This document shows positions 18,123-25,451 of a DNA stretch of 32,000 nucleotides, in pieces. The DNA lies in assembly GCA_047651235.1 (NCBI GenBank), contig CP178758.1, forward strand, positions 1,650,001 to 1,682,000, written 5' to 3'. Every line of letters begins with the position of its first letter. Positions within the stretch are counted from its first letter, which is position 1. The notes beneath the pieces are model-generated. The model was not told the DNA's origin and did no database searches. It saw only the letters and a list, made by a program, of their open reading frames with translations. Source of the stretch: Candidatus Electrothrix yaqonensis. GTDB taxonomy: Bacteria > Desulfobacterota > Desulfobulbia > Desulfobulbales > Desulfobulbaceae. A program made the translations under genes and the position numbers.

Positions 18123-18213
18123 GAGGAATGCCGAGTTGACCGGTATTTTCCCGCAATAATCAACCGCAAGTGACCATTATACCAGGAAAATTTCGGTCAA
18201 CTCGGCATTATCC
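18123..18213 (+). other. attC-like hairpin at the proximal edge of the array (attC0)
   Basis: 25-nt arms at 18127-18151 (AATGCCGAGTTGACCGGTATTTTCC) and 18185-18209 (GGAAAATTTCGGTCAACTCGGCATT), complementary except for 2 positions. The R'-position box is ATTATCC (18207-18213) instead of GTTRRRY. Confidence 0.5.
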
Positions 18214-18239
18214 TTCAAAATCCAAAAGAAGAGTTAAGT

Positions 18240-18575
18240 ATGTATGGATTTTTAGTATTGCCGTTTTTAATTACCATAGGAATATCTATTCTCTTGGTAA
18301 ATTTGCTACCAAGAGTGCATAAAATCCTCAAGTTAAAAAAGCAAATTTCTTTTGGGAAATCAGTTTTATTGGTCATTATTTTATTTGTTCCATCATGTAT
18401 TGGTGTTATGGAAATTGTCGATTCAATACGCTACGGAACATTTACTTACAATAAGCATATGGAGGTTGATGGTAGAAGGATTCGAAATTGGATGCCACCA
18501 AAGGCAACGAATATTGTTGTTCACAAGACTTCTTACGGCCATTTTGCTAAGTTTACAATTGAAAAAAAATGCTGA
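18240..18575 (+). CDS. cassette 1 ORF a: small membrane protein (two TM helices)
   Basis: ATG with good hydrophobic helices. It ends at TGA (18573-18575) directly after an A8 tract and overlaps the next ORF by ATGCTGA. It may be the 5' half of one split gene. Confidence 0.5.
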   Translation: MYGFLVLPFLITIGISILLVNLLPRVHKILKLKKQISFGKSVLLVIILFVPSCIGVMEIVDSIRYGTFTYNKHMEVDGRRIRNWMPPKATNIVVHKTSYGHFAKFTIEKKC

Positions 18576-18811
18576 TGGATTGGCTTTCTCAAAAACGTAA
18601 TGAAACTGATATACCTCAAATAAAAGAGGATACATTCATGGACAGGAGTTCTGAGGCTCTAATATTTGAATCGTGGTTTAAAGAAGTTGGTTGGAAATAC
18701 CCCGTAGATAGTATAAAAAATCATGTGACACTAAGTTCAAATGGCGCTGGCTTTACTATTTGGTATTCTCAAACTCTTAACGAAGCATATTTATTTGCAA
18801 GTTACTGGTAA
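18569..18811 (+). CDS. cassette 1 ORF b: hypothetical 80-aa protein (possibly the 3' half of a split gene)
   Basis: The start overlaps the stop of ORF a. One extra A in the A8 tract (18561-18568) would fuse the two frames (…FTIEKK-MLMDWLSQ…). Confidence 0.45.
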   Translation: MLMDWLSQKRNETDIPQIKEDTFMDRSSEALIFESWFKEVGWKYPVDSIKNHVTLSSNGAGFTIWYSQTLNEAYLFASYW

Positions 18812-18849
18812 AATGATTAATTTTAATGTTTTTTGATATAAAAAATATT

Positions 18850-18950
18850 GGATAACAATCCGGCTTCACCTGACGCAAAAGCCGGGCACCTTTTTCAAAA
18901 AAATGAAAGTTTATCGTCGGCTTTTGCTCAGGTGAGCCGGGGCGTTAAGC
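18850..18950 (+). other. attC site 1 (R'' GGATAAC, R' GTTAAGC)
   Basis: AACAATCCGGCTTCACCTGACGCAAAAGCCG pairs imperfectly, with bulges, with CGGCTTTTGCTCAGGTGAGCCGGGGCGTT. R'' is the complement of the start of cassette 1 (TTATCC at 18208). Confidence 0.8.
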
Positions 18951-19001
18951 GGCTTCACATTTTCCCAAGCTGAACCATAAAGAAATTTACCGAGGTTAAC
19001 G

Positions 19002-19940
19002 GTGGGCCATAACGACCATCTTGAAGATTACTATCCGGATTTGCCAGAAGAGGCGGGCGTTATTACAAGGTCAGGCTTCGATCCTAATAATGAATGGCTT
19101 TCATCAGCACCGCCTGACCTGCGTCATGAGGCAATGCGGCAATGGTTCCTGAGTCGTTTTTGGGACCCAGCGAATGATACACCTTACAATGGTCGCGAAG
19201 GAGGATACCTCTATATTCATGGCGGTCCTTACGAAGCAGAGGATGAGTTGTATGGCAGGTTCGGGGATTTATTTAATGATGAGATAGTGCGTGCTGTAAT
19301 TGATGATGTAGAGTCGGATGGGATATATGAATGGGCCCCAATACATACTGAGCCCGATTACGATGAATACTTTTCTTTTGAAGTTGAATCGGAAGACTCG
19401 CCTTACCAACAATTTCTCCAACGTTTATCAGAAATTGATTCATTGAACGAGGCGGTTCTGGATTCTGAGCATAAAATACTGCTACGCCAACTTCTTTATT
19501 CACATCTGATTGCTGCTTTAGAAACATATTTGTCAGACACTATGTCATATTGGGTTAAATTCGATGAGGACGTTTTTAAAAGATTCGTTTCAAACTGCTC
19601 CGAATTTAAAAAAGAGAAATTATCGCTATCAACTATATTTAATCGTCTTGAAGCGCTAAGAGATCAGGTTGAGCAATACATACAGAAAACTGTCTGGCAT
19701 CGTCTTGACAGGGTTATGCCGCTTTTTTCGAGTTCGATGGATATCGAAAGGCCAGAAATTGAACAGCTAATGAAATACATTGTAATTCGTCATGACATAG
19801 TCCACAGAGGCGGAAGAACAAAGGAAGGTAGTCATGTGGAAATTACACCAGATAAGCTATCCGAGCTACGGCACTGTGTTGCAACCTTTGTTAAGAAAAT
19901 TGAAGGAAAAGTCACATCGAGAGGTGATTTTGAATTTTAG
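19002..19940 (+). CDS. cassette 2: hypothetical protein with a C-terminal HEPN-like domain (Rx4H: IRHDIVHRGG)
   Basis: GTG start with GAGG 5 nt upstream. The C-terminal ~150 aa is all-helical, with AALETYLSD near its start and RHDIVH near its end. This resembles the RiboL-PSP / MAE_28990-type HEPN families. The N-terminal ~140 aa is acidic and unrecognised. Confidence 0.55.
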   Translation: MGHNDHLEDYYPDLPEEAGVITRSGFDPNNEWLSSAPPDLRHEAMRQWFLSRFWDPANDTPYNGREGGYLYIHGGPYEAEDELYGRFGDLFNDEIVRAVIDDVESDGIYEWAPIHTEPDYDEYFSFEVESEDSPYQQFLQRLSEIDSLNEAVLDSEHKILLRQLLYSHLIAALETYLSDTMSYWVKFDEDVFKRFVSNCSEFKKEKLSLSTIFNRLEALRDQVEQYIQKTVWHRLDRVMPLFSSSMDIERPEIEQLMKYIVIRHDIVHRGGRTKEGSHVEITPDKLSELRHCVATFVKKIEGKVTSRGDFEF

Positions 19941-19955
19941 TCTTTTTCAAGAGCC

Positions 19956-20027
19956 GCTTAACAAGTTGCTGCACTCGGAATAATTACTCGCTGCGCTCCT
20001 AATTTTCCGGTGAGCAAGGCGTTATCG
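19956..20027 (+). other. attC site 2 (R'' GCTTAAC, R' GTTATCG)
   Basis: GCCGCTTAAC (19953-19962) is the exact reverse complement of GTTAAGCGGC (18944-18953) at the cassette start. The arm AACAAGTTGCTGCACTCGG pairs imperfectly with CCGGTGAGCAAGGCGTT. Confidence 0.85.
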
Positions 20028-20068
20028 CCGAACCGGTTACACAACATGAAGTATTACAGGAGTTACAT

Positions 20069-20557
20069 TTGATCTATATCGAAGCGATTTTTATGGGAAG
20101 TTTTGCAACTGTCTTCATGGACATTTTTGCCGGTATTCTTGCAACAAAAAAAGTAATTCATCCTTTTGTGTCATCGGGATCAATGGGTAGATGGTTTCTA
20201 TATATTTTTAAAGGAAAATTGTTTCACAAAGATATCGACCATTCACCAAAATTGAAGAATGAAAAAATGTGGTGCATGATATCGCATTATCTAATTGGCA
20301 TGATGTTGGCTGGAGTGTTCTTGATTCTTGAGCAGCACGTGCAGTTTGTTAATGATAATGTGTGGACGTCATTGGTGTTTGGAATTGGTACGGTTTGTTT
20401 TCCATGGTTTTGGTTATTGCCAAGCATTGGAAAAGGTGTGATGGCTTCACGATGTGATAACAGGATACAAATCATAAAAACAAATTTGATAAATCATACA
20501 AATTACGGAATTGGATTATTTTTATGGAGTGCTTTCATCCATCAATTTTTCTTTTGA
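20069..20557 (+). CDS. cassette 3: DUF2938-like integral membrane protein
   Basis: TTG start 6 nt after AGGAG (alternative ATG at 20093). About 4 TM helices with GRWFLY...F.H..I...P....E...ISHYLIG, which I associate with DUF2938. That assignment is from memory. Confidence 0.55.
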   Translation: MIYIEAIFMGSFATVFMDIFAGILATKKVIHPFVSSGSMGRWFLYIFKGKLFHKDIDHSPKLKNEKMWCMISHYLIGMMLAGVFLILEQHVQFVNDNVWTSLVFGIGTVCFPWFWLLPSIGKGVMASRCDNRIQIIKTNLINHTNYGIGLFLWSAFIHQFFF

Positions 20558-20582
20558 GCGTATTTAATATACCCAAAAATTG

Positions 20583-20659
20583 CGATAACAAGTGCTTCAA
20601 CGGGGCACCATAACCGCGCTTCCGCGCGGTCACGGTGCCCGTTAAGCACGGCGTTAGAT
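20583..20659 (+). other. attC site 3 (R'' CGATAAC, R' GTTAGAT)
   Basis: GCGATAAC (20582-20589) is the reverse complement of GTTATCGC (20021-20028). The arm AACAAGTGCTTCAACGGGGCACC pairs with GGTGCCCGTTAAGCACGGCGTT, with single-base bulges. Confidence 0.85.
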
Positions 20660-20677
20660 TTCAGAATGGAGAAGTAG

Positions 20678-21382
20678 ATGAATATAGTTAAAACCGCTCT
20701 GGTAACAGGTGGAAATAAAGGTATTGGTTTAGAAGTCACTAGAGAGCTTATAAATTTAGGTTATAAAGTTTTTGTAATCGCAAGAACCTTTGATAAATCT
20801 GAAATTCTAAATTCTGAAAATGTCGTCAAAAAGAGTTTTGACTTAACAAAAGTTGAGCTAATTCCTGAATTAATATCAGAGCTGGGTGAAATTGATATAT
20901 TAGTTAATAATGCAGGTGTCATGCATTCAATTCCGTTTAATAACTATCCTCAAGATAAAGTGGATGGAATGTTGAAACTAAACATTGAAGCTCCTGTTGC
21001 ATTAATTCGTGAAATATCAAAAAGTATGGTTAAGAAAGGCTCTGGTAGAATTGTAAACAATGCTTCAATTGCAGGGGAAATTGGCCATCCTGATATTTGG
21101 TACGGCATTACAAAAGCTGGACTAATTAATGCTACTAAGAGCTTCGCTAAAATTTTAGGAGCGAAAGGAATTGTCATTAATGCAGTTGCTCCTGGACCTG
21201 TTGAAACTGATATGCTTAATGTTATTCCAGAAGACCGAAAGAATGCAATTAAAAGTACTGTCTACACTGGTCGGTTCGCCAAACCTGAAGAAGTAGCAAA
21301 AACCATAGTTTGGTTGGCAACAGAATGTCCAGAATATATAAATGGAACATGTATAGATATTAATAATGGTGCTTATCCTTGA
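20678..21382 (+). CDS. cassette 4: short-chain dehydrogenase/reductase (FabG-like SDR)
   Basis: TGGNKGIG cofactor motif, NNAG, and the catalytic S...YGITK. GGAG lies upstream of the ATG. Confidence 0.9.
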   Translation: MNIVKTALVTGGNKGIGLEVTRELINLGYKVFVIARTFDKSEILNSENVVKKSFDLTKVELIPELISELGEIDILVNNAGVMHSIPFNNYPQDKVDGMLKLNIEAPVALIREISKSMVKKGSGRIVNNASIAGEIGHPDIWYGITKAGLINATKSFAKILGAKGIVINAVAPGPVETDMLNVIPEDRKNAIKSTVYTGRFAKPEEVAKTIVWLATECPEYINGTCIDINNGAYP

Positions 21383-21398
21383 TGATTGGCAACTAAAA

Positions 21399-21451
21399 AT
21401 CTAACAAGTTAATCAACTGGACGTATTACGGTTGTCATTAAGGCGTTCCCG
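21399..21451 (+). other. attC site 4 (R'' ATCTAAC, R'-position GTTCCCG), distal end of the array
   Basis: AAATCTAAC (21397-21405) is the reverse complement of GTTAGATTT (20653-20661). It is short (53 nt) and its right box after GTT is not RRRY, consistent with a junction to non-cassette DNA. Confidence 0.7.
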
Positions 21452-21609
21452 TTCCAACGCTTGGTCCTGCGGCGCTGCGCGCCTTCGGAAAGATGCACTG
21501 ACAGCTCCTGTTCGGAACGCCTGTAATTCCGCAGAGAGGTTGCCAGATTCAGTCAGGAAAGGTAATATCCCCGCACGATACTTTTCAACTCATTGCACGG
21601 AGAACAAGA

Positions 21610-22905
21610 ATGGGACAAACGGGACAGACACTAGCTGAAAAAATTTTCGCTGCCCATCTGCGCGATACCCCGACACCGGAAAACATGGTGCTGGATATAG
21701 ATGTCATCATGTGTCATGAAATCACCACGCCCATTGCCATCATGGATCTGGTAGACAAGGGCATGGATCGGGTGATTGATCCAAACCGGATCAAAGCGGT
21801 CATCGACCACGTAACCCCGGCCAAGGATTCCAAGACCGCGACCCAGGCCAAGATTATGCGGGATTGGGCCAAGCGGCATAAGATCAAAGATTTTTTTGAT
21901 GTGGGTCGCAACGGGGTCTGTCATGCCCTGTTCCCGGAAAAGGGTTTTATCCGGCCGGGAAATACGGTGATCATGGGCGATTCCCACACCTGCACCCACG
22001 GTGCTTTCGGGGCCTTTGCCGCAGGCGTTGGAACCACAGACCTGGAGGTGGGTATTCTCAAGGGGGTCTGTGCTTTCCGCAAACCCAAATCAATGAAGAT
22101 CGAAGTCACCGGCAGCCTGCCGCAGGGTGTGTATGCCAAGGACGTGATCCTCAAGATCATCAAGCAGCTCACCGTGAACGGGGCCACGGATATGGTCATG
22201 GAGTTCTGTGGCCCGGTGGTGGAGGAGATGGACATGTCCTCCCGGATGACCCTCTGTAATATGTCCGTGGAAGCGGGCGCCACCTCTGGCCTCTGCCTGC
22301 CGGACAAGGTCACGGCCGAGTACCTCTGGCCCTTTATCCAGGAGGATTATGCTTCGCTTGAAGATGCTGTAGAAGACTTCAGCAAATGGCATTCTGATCC
22401 TGCTGCGGAGTACGCCGAGACTCTGACTATTGATGTCTCTGACCTGCGCCCCCAGGTGACCTATGATTATAAGCCGGACAAGGTTAAGGATATTGATGAG
22501 CTGGCCGGAGCCAAGATCGATCAGGTCTATATCGGCTCCTGTACCAACGGGCGCATCGAAGATATCCGGGCTGCAGCCTCCATCCTGCGCGGACGTACCA
22601 TTGCCGACAGCGTGCGCGGGATACTGACCCCGGCCACCCCGGCCATCTACTCCCAAGCTCTGGACGAAGGGCTGATCAAAATCTTCATGGATGCGGGCTT
22701 TTGCGTACTCAACCCCACCTGCGGTGCCTGCCTGGGCATGAGCAGCGGCGTGCTGGCTGAGGGCGAGTCCTGCGCCTCCACCACCAACCGGAATTTCAAC
22801 GGTCGCATGGGCAAAGGCGGCATGGTCCATCTGATGAGCCCGCTGTCCGCCGCCGCAGCAGCGGTCACCGGAGAGATCACAGACCCGGCCCAGTTTATCA
22901 ACTAA
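21610..22905 (+). CDS. leuC: 3-isopropylmalate dehydratase large subunit
   Basis: Aconitase-family domains 1-3 with the Fe-S ligand contexts GDSHTCTHGA and GSCTNGR...NPTCGACLG. The 431-aa length matches the short LeuC type. Confidence 0.92.
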   Translation: MGQTGQTLAEKIFAAHLRDTPTPENMVLDIDVIMCHEITTPIAIMDLVDKGMDRVIDPNRIKAVIDHVTPAKDSKTATQAKIMRDWAKRHKIKDFFDVGRNGVCHALFPEKGFIRPGNTVIMGDSHTCTHGAFGAFAAGVGTTDLEVGILKGVCAFRKPKSMKIEVTGSLPQGVYAKDVILKIIKQLTVNGATDMVMEFCGPVVEEMDMSSRMTLCNMSVEAGATSGLCLPDKVTAEYLWPFIQEDYASLEDAVEDFSKWHSDPAAEYAETLTIDVSDLRPQVTYDYKPDKVKDIDELAGAKIDQVYIGSCTNGRIEDIRAAASILRGRTIADSVRGILTPATPAIYSQALDEGLIKIFMDAGFCVLNPTCGACLGMSSGVLAEGESCASTTNRNFNGRMGKGGMVHLMSPLSAAAAAVTGEITDPAQFIN

Positions 22906-22926
22906 GCAGCCCAGCTAAAAGGAGCA

Positions 22927-23475
22927 ATGAAGGACATGAAAGCATTCGGCGGTTCAGCCTTTTTTATCGACAGAGACGACATCAATACGGACGAGATTAT
23001 TCCGGCCAAATACCTCACCGAGATCACCAAGCGAGCCTTACAGCCTCATCTGCTGGAAGACCTGTTCCTGGACGGCAAGGAGTTCGACACCCAGGCAGAT
23101 GACTTCCAACAGGCATCGGTGCTGGTGACCCGCTCCAATTTCGGTTGCGGTTCCTCCCGTGAGCATGCAGTCTGGGCACTGGAGGTCAATGACATCAACG
23201 TAGTTCTCGGCGAGAGCTTTGCCCGTATCTTTCGCCAAAATATGTTCAACTGCGGTATCCTGGCGGTGGAGCTTGCCAAGGCGGATATTGACCAGCTTTT
23301 TGCCCTTGCCAGCGATAATGATAATATTAAAATCGGCATTGATCTGGAAAACGACATTGTGGTTGCAGAGAACAATCAAGGGAAGAAGGCGGAGTGCAGT
23401 TTCTCCATGAATCCCTTTGATAAGGAGCTGGTGGCTGCTGGTGGCTGGCTGGCCTATGCGGATCAGAAGTACTGA
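22927..23475 (+). CDS. leuD: 3-isopropylmalate dehydratase small subunit
   Basis: Aconitase swivel domain with NTDEIIPAKYL and NFGCGSSREHAVWAL. The start could instead be the ATG at 22936. Confidence 0.9.
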   Translation: MKDMKAFGGSAFFIDRDDINTDEIIPAKYLTEITKRALQPHLLEDLFLDGKEFDTQADDFQQASVLVTRSNFGCGSSREHAVWALEVNDINVVLGESFARIFRQNMFNCGILAVELAKADIDQLFALASDNDNIKIGIDLENDIVVAENNQGKKAECSFSMNPFDKELVAAGGWLAYADQKY

Positions 23476-23507
23476 TTTCATCGTACACTGCTGATGTGTC
23501 AGTAGAG

Positions 23508-23543
23508 AGCGGAGAGAGGGCTTGCCTTGTCTCCGCTTTTTTA
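23508..23543 (+). terminator. rho-independent terminator after leuD
   Basis: Stem AGCGGAGA (23508-23515) / TCTCCGCT (23530-23537), followed by TTTTTT. Confidence 0.7.
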
Positions 23544-23791
23544 TGGGGCAAGACACAAGGCATGCCCAATCAGGTTGCCCTGTTGATTCCAGCGCCTGAT
23601 GAATTTAAGCTGTAAGAGAGGAGACTGCGACGGAAAAGCGTCGGCTGCTTTTCACTGCTCCTGTTCCAGAGCCCTTTCACGTTCCTGCTCGTACTCCTCA
23701 TAGGGCATGGTTGCCAGATCAAAGCATTCATGTCAAAGGCTGGGCTGTTCTCTCGCTGTCCTCGGCGAGAGGCTTCTTCTCAATATTGAGT

Positions 23792-24498
23792 ATATAGCTG
23801 AAGCAGAATAAAATGAGTATTATATCGGCATGACATATTCAATAGATTTTCGCCGTAAAATTTTGGAAGTCAAAGAGCGGGACGGTCTGAGTTTCGAAAA
23901 AACCGCAGCCCGTTTCGGAGTCGGTAAATCCAGCGTGAGCCGATGGACGAAACGTGTCGAACCCTGCCGGAGCCGAAATAAACCGGCAACAAATATTGAC
24001 ATGGAACTGCTCGCCCGTGATGTTGAACTGTATCCCGATGCGTATCAGTATGAACGGTTCGGATGCAGCCAGCGCGGTATAGGGAAAGCTCTGAAACGCC
24101 TGAAAATCAGCCGTAAAAAAAACTCTTTCGCATCCGAAGGCGGATGAAAAGAAACGCTCTGTCTTTGTCGATAAAATCAGCACATATGAGGAATCCGGTT
24201 TTCCTCTGATTTATATTGATGAAAGCGGCTTCGCTCATGATATGCCGCGCACCTGCGGATATGCGCCCGTAGGTGAACGATGCTCCGGTATTCATAATTG
24301 GCGGGAGAAGGGCCGTATCAATGCTGTCGGCGCACTGTCCGGGAAAAATCTGCTGACGGTGACTCTGTTCGACGGGACCGTCAATTCCGATGTGTTTTAT
24401 GCATGGATCAGGCAGGATTTATTACCGAAACTGCCTGAACGCAGTGTGGTTGTCATGGACAACGCCTCTTTTCATAAACGTCGGGATATAGCTGGAGC
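23792..24498 (+). mobile_element. IS630-family insertion sequence, left end plus 5' two-thirds only
   Basis: The left terminus ATATAGCTGAAGCAGAATAAAATGAG (TA-flanked) closely matches the termini of the MITE-like element at 25089-25197. The transposase is interrupted. No matching right end follows the transposase at the expected distance. Confidence 0.8.
23830..24486 (+). pseudogene. IS630-family DDE transposase, frameshifted at an A8 tract (24115-24122) and truncated after the second catalytic Asp
   Basis: The HTH part is in frame 1 (MTYSIDFRRKILEVKERDGLSFEKTAARFGVGKSSVSRW...NKPATNIDMELL...YQYER). The catalytic part is in frame 2 (KKTLSHPKADEKKR...LIYIDESGFAHDMPRTCGY...VVVMDNASFHKRRDI). The region carrying the third acidic residue (PPYSPDLNPIE-type) is absent. 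Confidence 0.8.
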
Positions 24499-25081
24499 TA
24501 TAGATGGCGGCAGTACCGATTCTACCCTGCAGGAAATCAGCAGACGAGGGCTGACACCGGTCTCCTCCGCTCCTGGCCGGGGACCGCAGCAGCACACCGG
24601 GGCACGGGCATCAACCGGAGAAATTCTTCTTTTTCTCCATTGCGACACAGCCCTGCCGCCGGATTTTCCGTTTCAGACCCGGGAAACACTACAACAGAAA
24701 AACGTTGCGGCCGGTGCCTTCAGACTACATATTGGTGGACGGGGCCCAGGATTCCGCTGCCTTGAAGCCGGGGTCAATCTACGTTCAAGGCTCTTCAGCC
24801 TGCCTTATGGCGATCAGGCTTTGTTCATGCGCAGAACAACCTATTTTGCCAGCGGTGGCTTTCCGGGGCAGCCACTCATGGAGGATGTCGCCCTAGTAAA
24901 ACGCCTTAGAAAGCTGGGCAGGATTGTCCTTGCCCCGGCCTGTGTAACCACCTCGGCCCGGCGCTGGCAGCAGCACGGTCTGCTCAGAACAACCCTGCTC
25001 AATCAGCTCATCCTGCTGGGCAGTGCTGCGGGCGTTCCTCCGTACCGGCTGGCGCAGTGGTATTACAGAAAAAGGAGATAA
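24499..25081 (+). pseudogene. family-2 glycosyltransferase (TIGR04283-like), 5'-truncated and fused in frame to the transposase remnant
   Basis: The sequence is DGGSTDSTLQEI...GRGPQQHTGA...LLFLHCDTALP...PYGDQALFMRR...PLMEDVALVKRLR...TSARRW. The usual N-terminal ~40 aa (the IIIPTLNE-type start) is missing. Confidence 0.65.
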
Positions 25082-25088
25082 AGATAAA

Positions 25089-25197
25089 ATATAGCTGGAG
25101 CAGTATAAACTGAATACAGGATCAGCTATCTGAAAGGCGTGAAGGCAAAACTTATGCCTCTTGTGGGCATATTCAAATTATGTTGCTCCAGCTATAT
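25089..25197 (+). mobile_element. MITE-like internally deleted IS630-family derivative (~109 bp)
   Basis: Terminal inverted repeats ATATAGCTGGAGCA (25089-25102) and TGCTCCAGCTATAT (25184-25197), TA-flanked. The left 29 nt are near-identical to the IS left end at 23792. It has no coding capacity. Confidence 0.7.
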
Positions 25198-25249
25198 AAC
25201 AACATTACTCAAGTCAATTTTCCACGTCGAGATGTAAACGAAGATGAAG

Positions 25250-25426
25250 TTATAAGACAGCTTTGTCAACGGCATGAAAAGAGGCAAGCTTCGATTGATT
25301 TCGCATATGAGAAACAACGGAATTGCAAATTATTACCACAGCCTTTGTGAGTGCCAAAGTAGAATTAATACCCAAGCCACAGTCATCGGCAATTTCCTGA
25401 AAAAGCGCTACGATATTTACAGTCAT
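25250..25426 (-). CDS. hypothetical 58-aa ORF in an AT-rich patch (possibly a gene fragment)
   Basis: This is the in-frame Met-started tail (MTVNIVALFQEIADD...) of track ORF 25250-25663, whose upstream part overlaps fmdE. No RBS or family recognised. Confidence 0.2.
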   Translation of the reverse strand: MTVNIVALFQEIADDCGLGINSTLALTKAVVIICNSVVSHMRNQSKLASFHAVDKAVL

Positions 25427-25451
25427 AACAAACCTTGTAAATTCTGACAGA

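Larger units (their letters stand above)
18123..21451 (+). mobile_element. integron-type gene cassette array without an adjacent integrase (CALIN-like), four cassettes
   Basis: There are five attC-type sites. Cassette boundaries fall at G|TT crossover points (18207|18208, 18944|18945, 20021|20022, 20653|20654, 21445|21446). Each cassette's first bases are the reverse complement of its own R'' box. All ORFs are co-oriented with the attC at their 3' side. The region is markedly AT-richer than the flanks. Confidence 0.8.

Noticed and set aside
21446-21521. A possible fifth, ORF-less mini-cassette. GGCGTTCC (21442-21449) is complementary to GGAACGCC (21514-21521), with TCGGAAC as a candidate R''.
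   Set aside because: The expected R'' for a cassette starting TTCCCG is CGGGAAC, and only GGAAC matches. The complementarity extends on the wrong side of the crossover point. No convincing L boxes or downstream GGCGTT-type R' follow. It is treated as the array-chromosome junction.
21432-21638. A 68-aa ORF spanning the attC4/leuC leader region.
   Set aside because: It starts inside attC4 and overlaps the leuC start in another frame. It has no RBS and an Arg/Ser/Ala-rich composition.
23640-23720. A minus-strand fragment encoding …LATMPYEEYEQERERALEQEQ* upstream of the IS left end.
   Set aside because: Only ~20 codons are open and no start context or family was recognised. It may be a remnant of a gene destroyed near the IS, but this is unsupported.
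25195-25254. TATAACAAC ... GAAGTTATAAG, resembling R''/R' boxes next to the MITE.
   Set aside because: The arms do not pair (AACAACATTACTC versus the required complement). The TATA bases belong to the MITE terminus and its TA target duplication.
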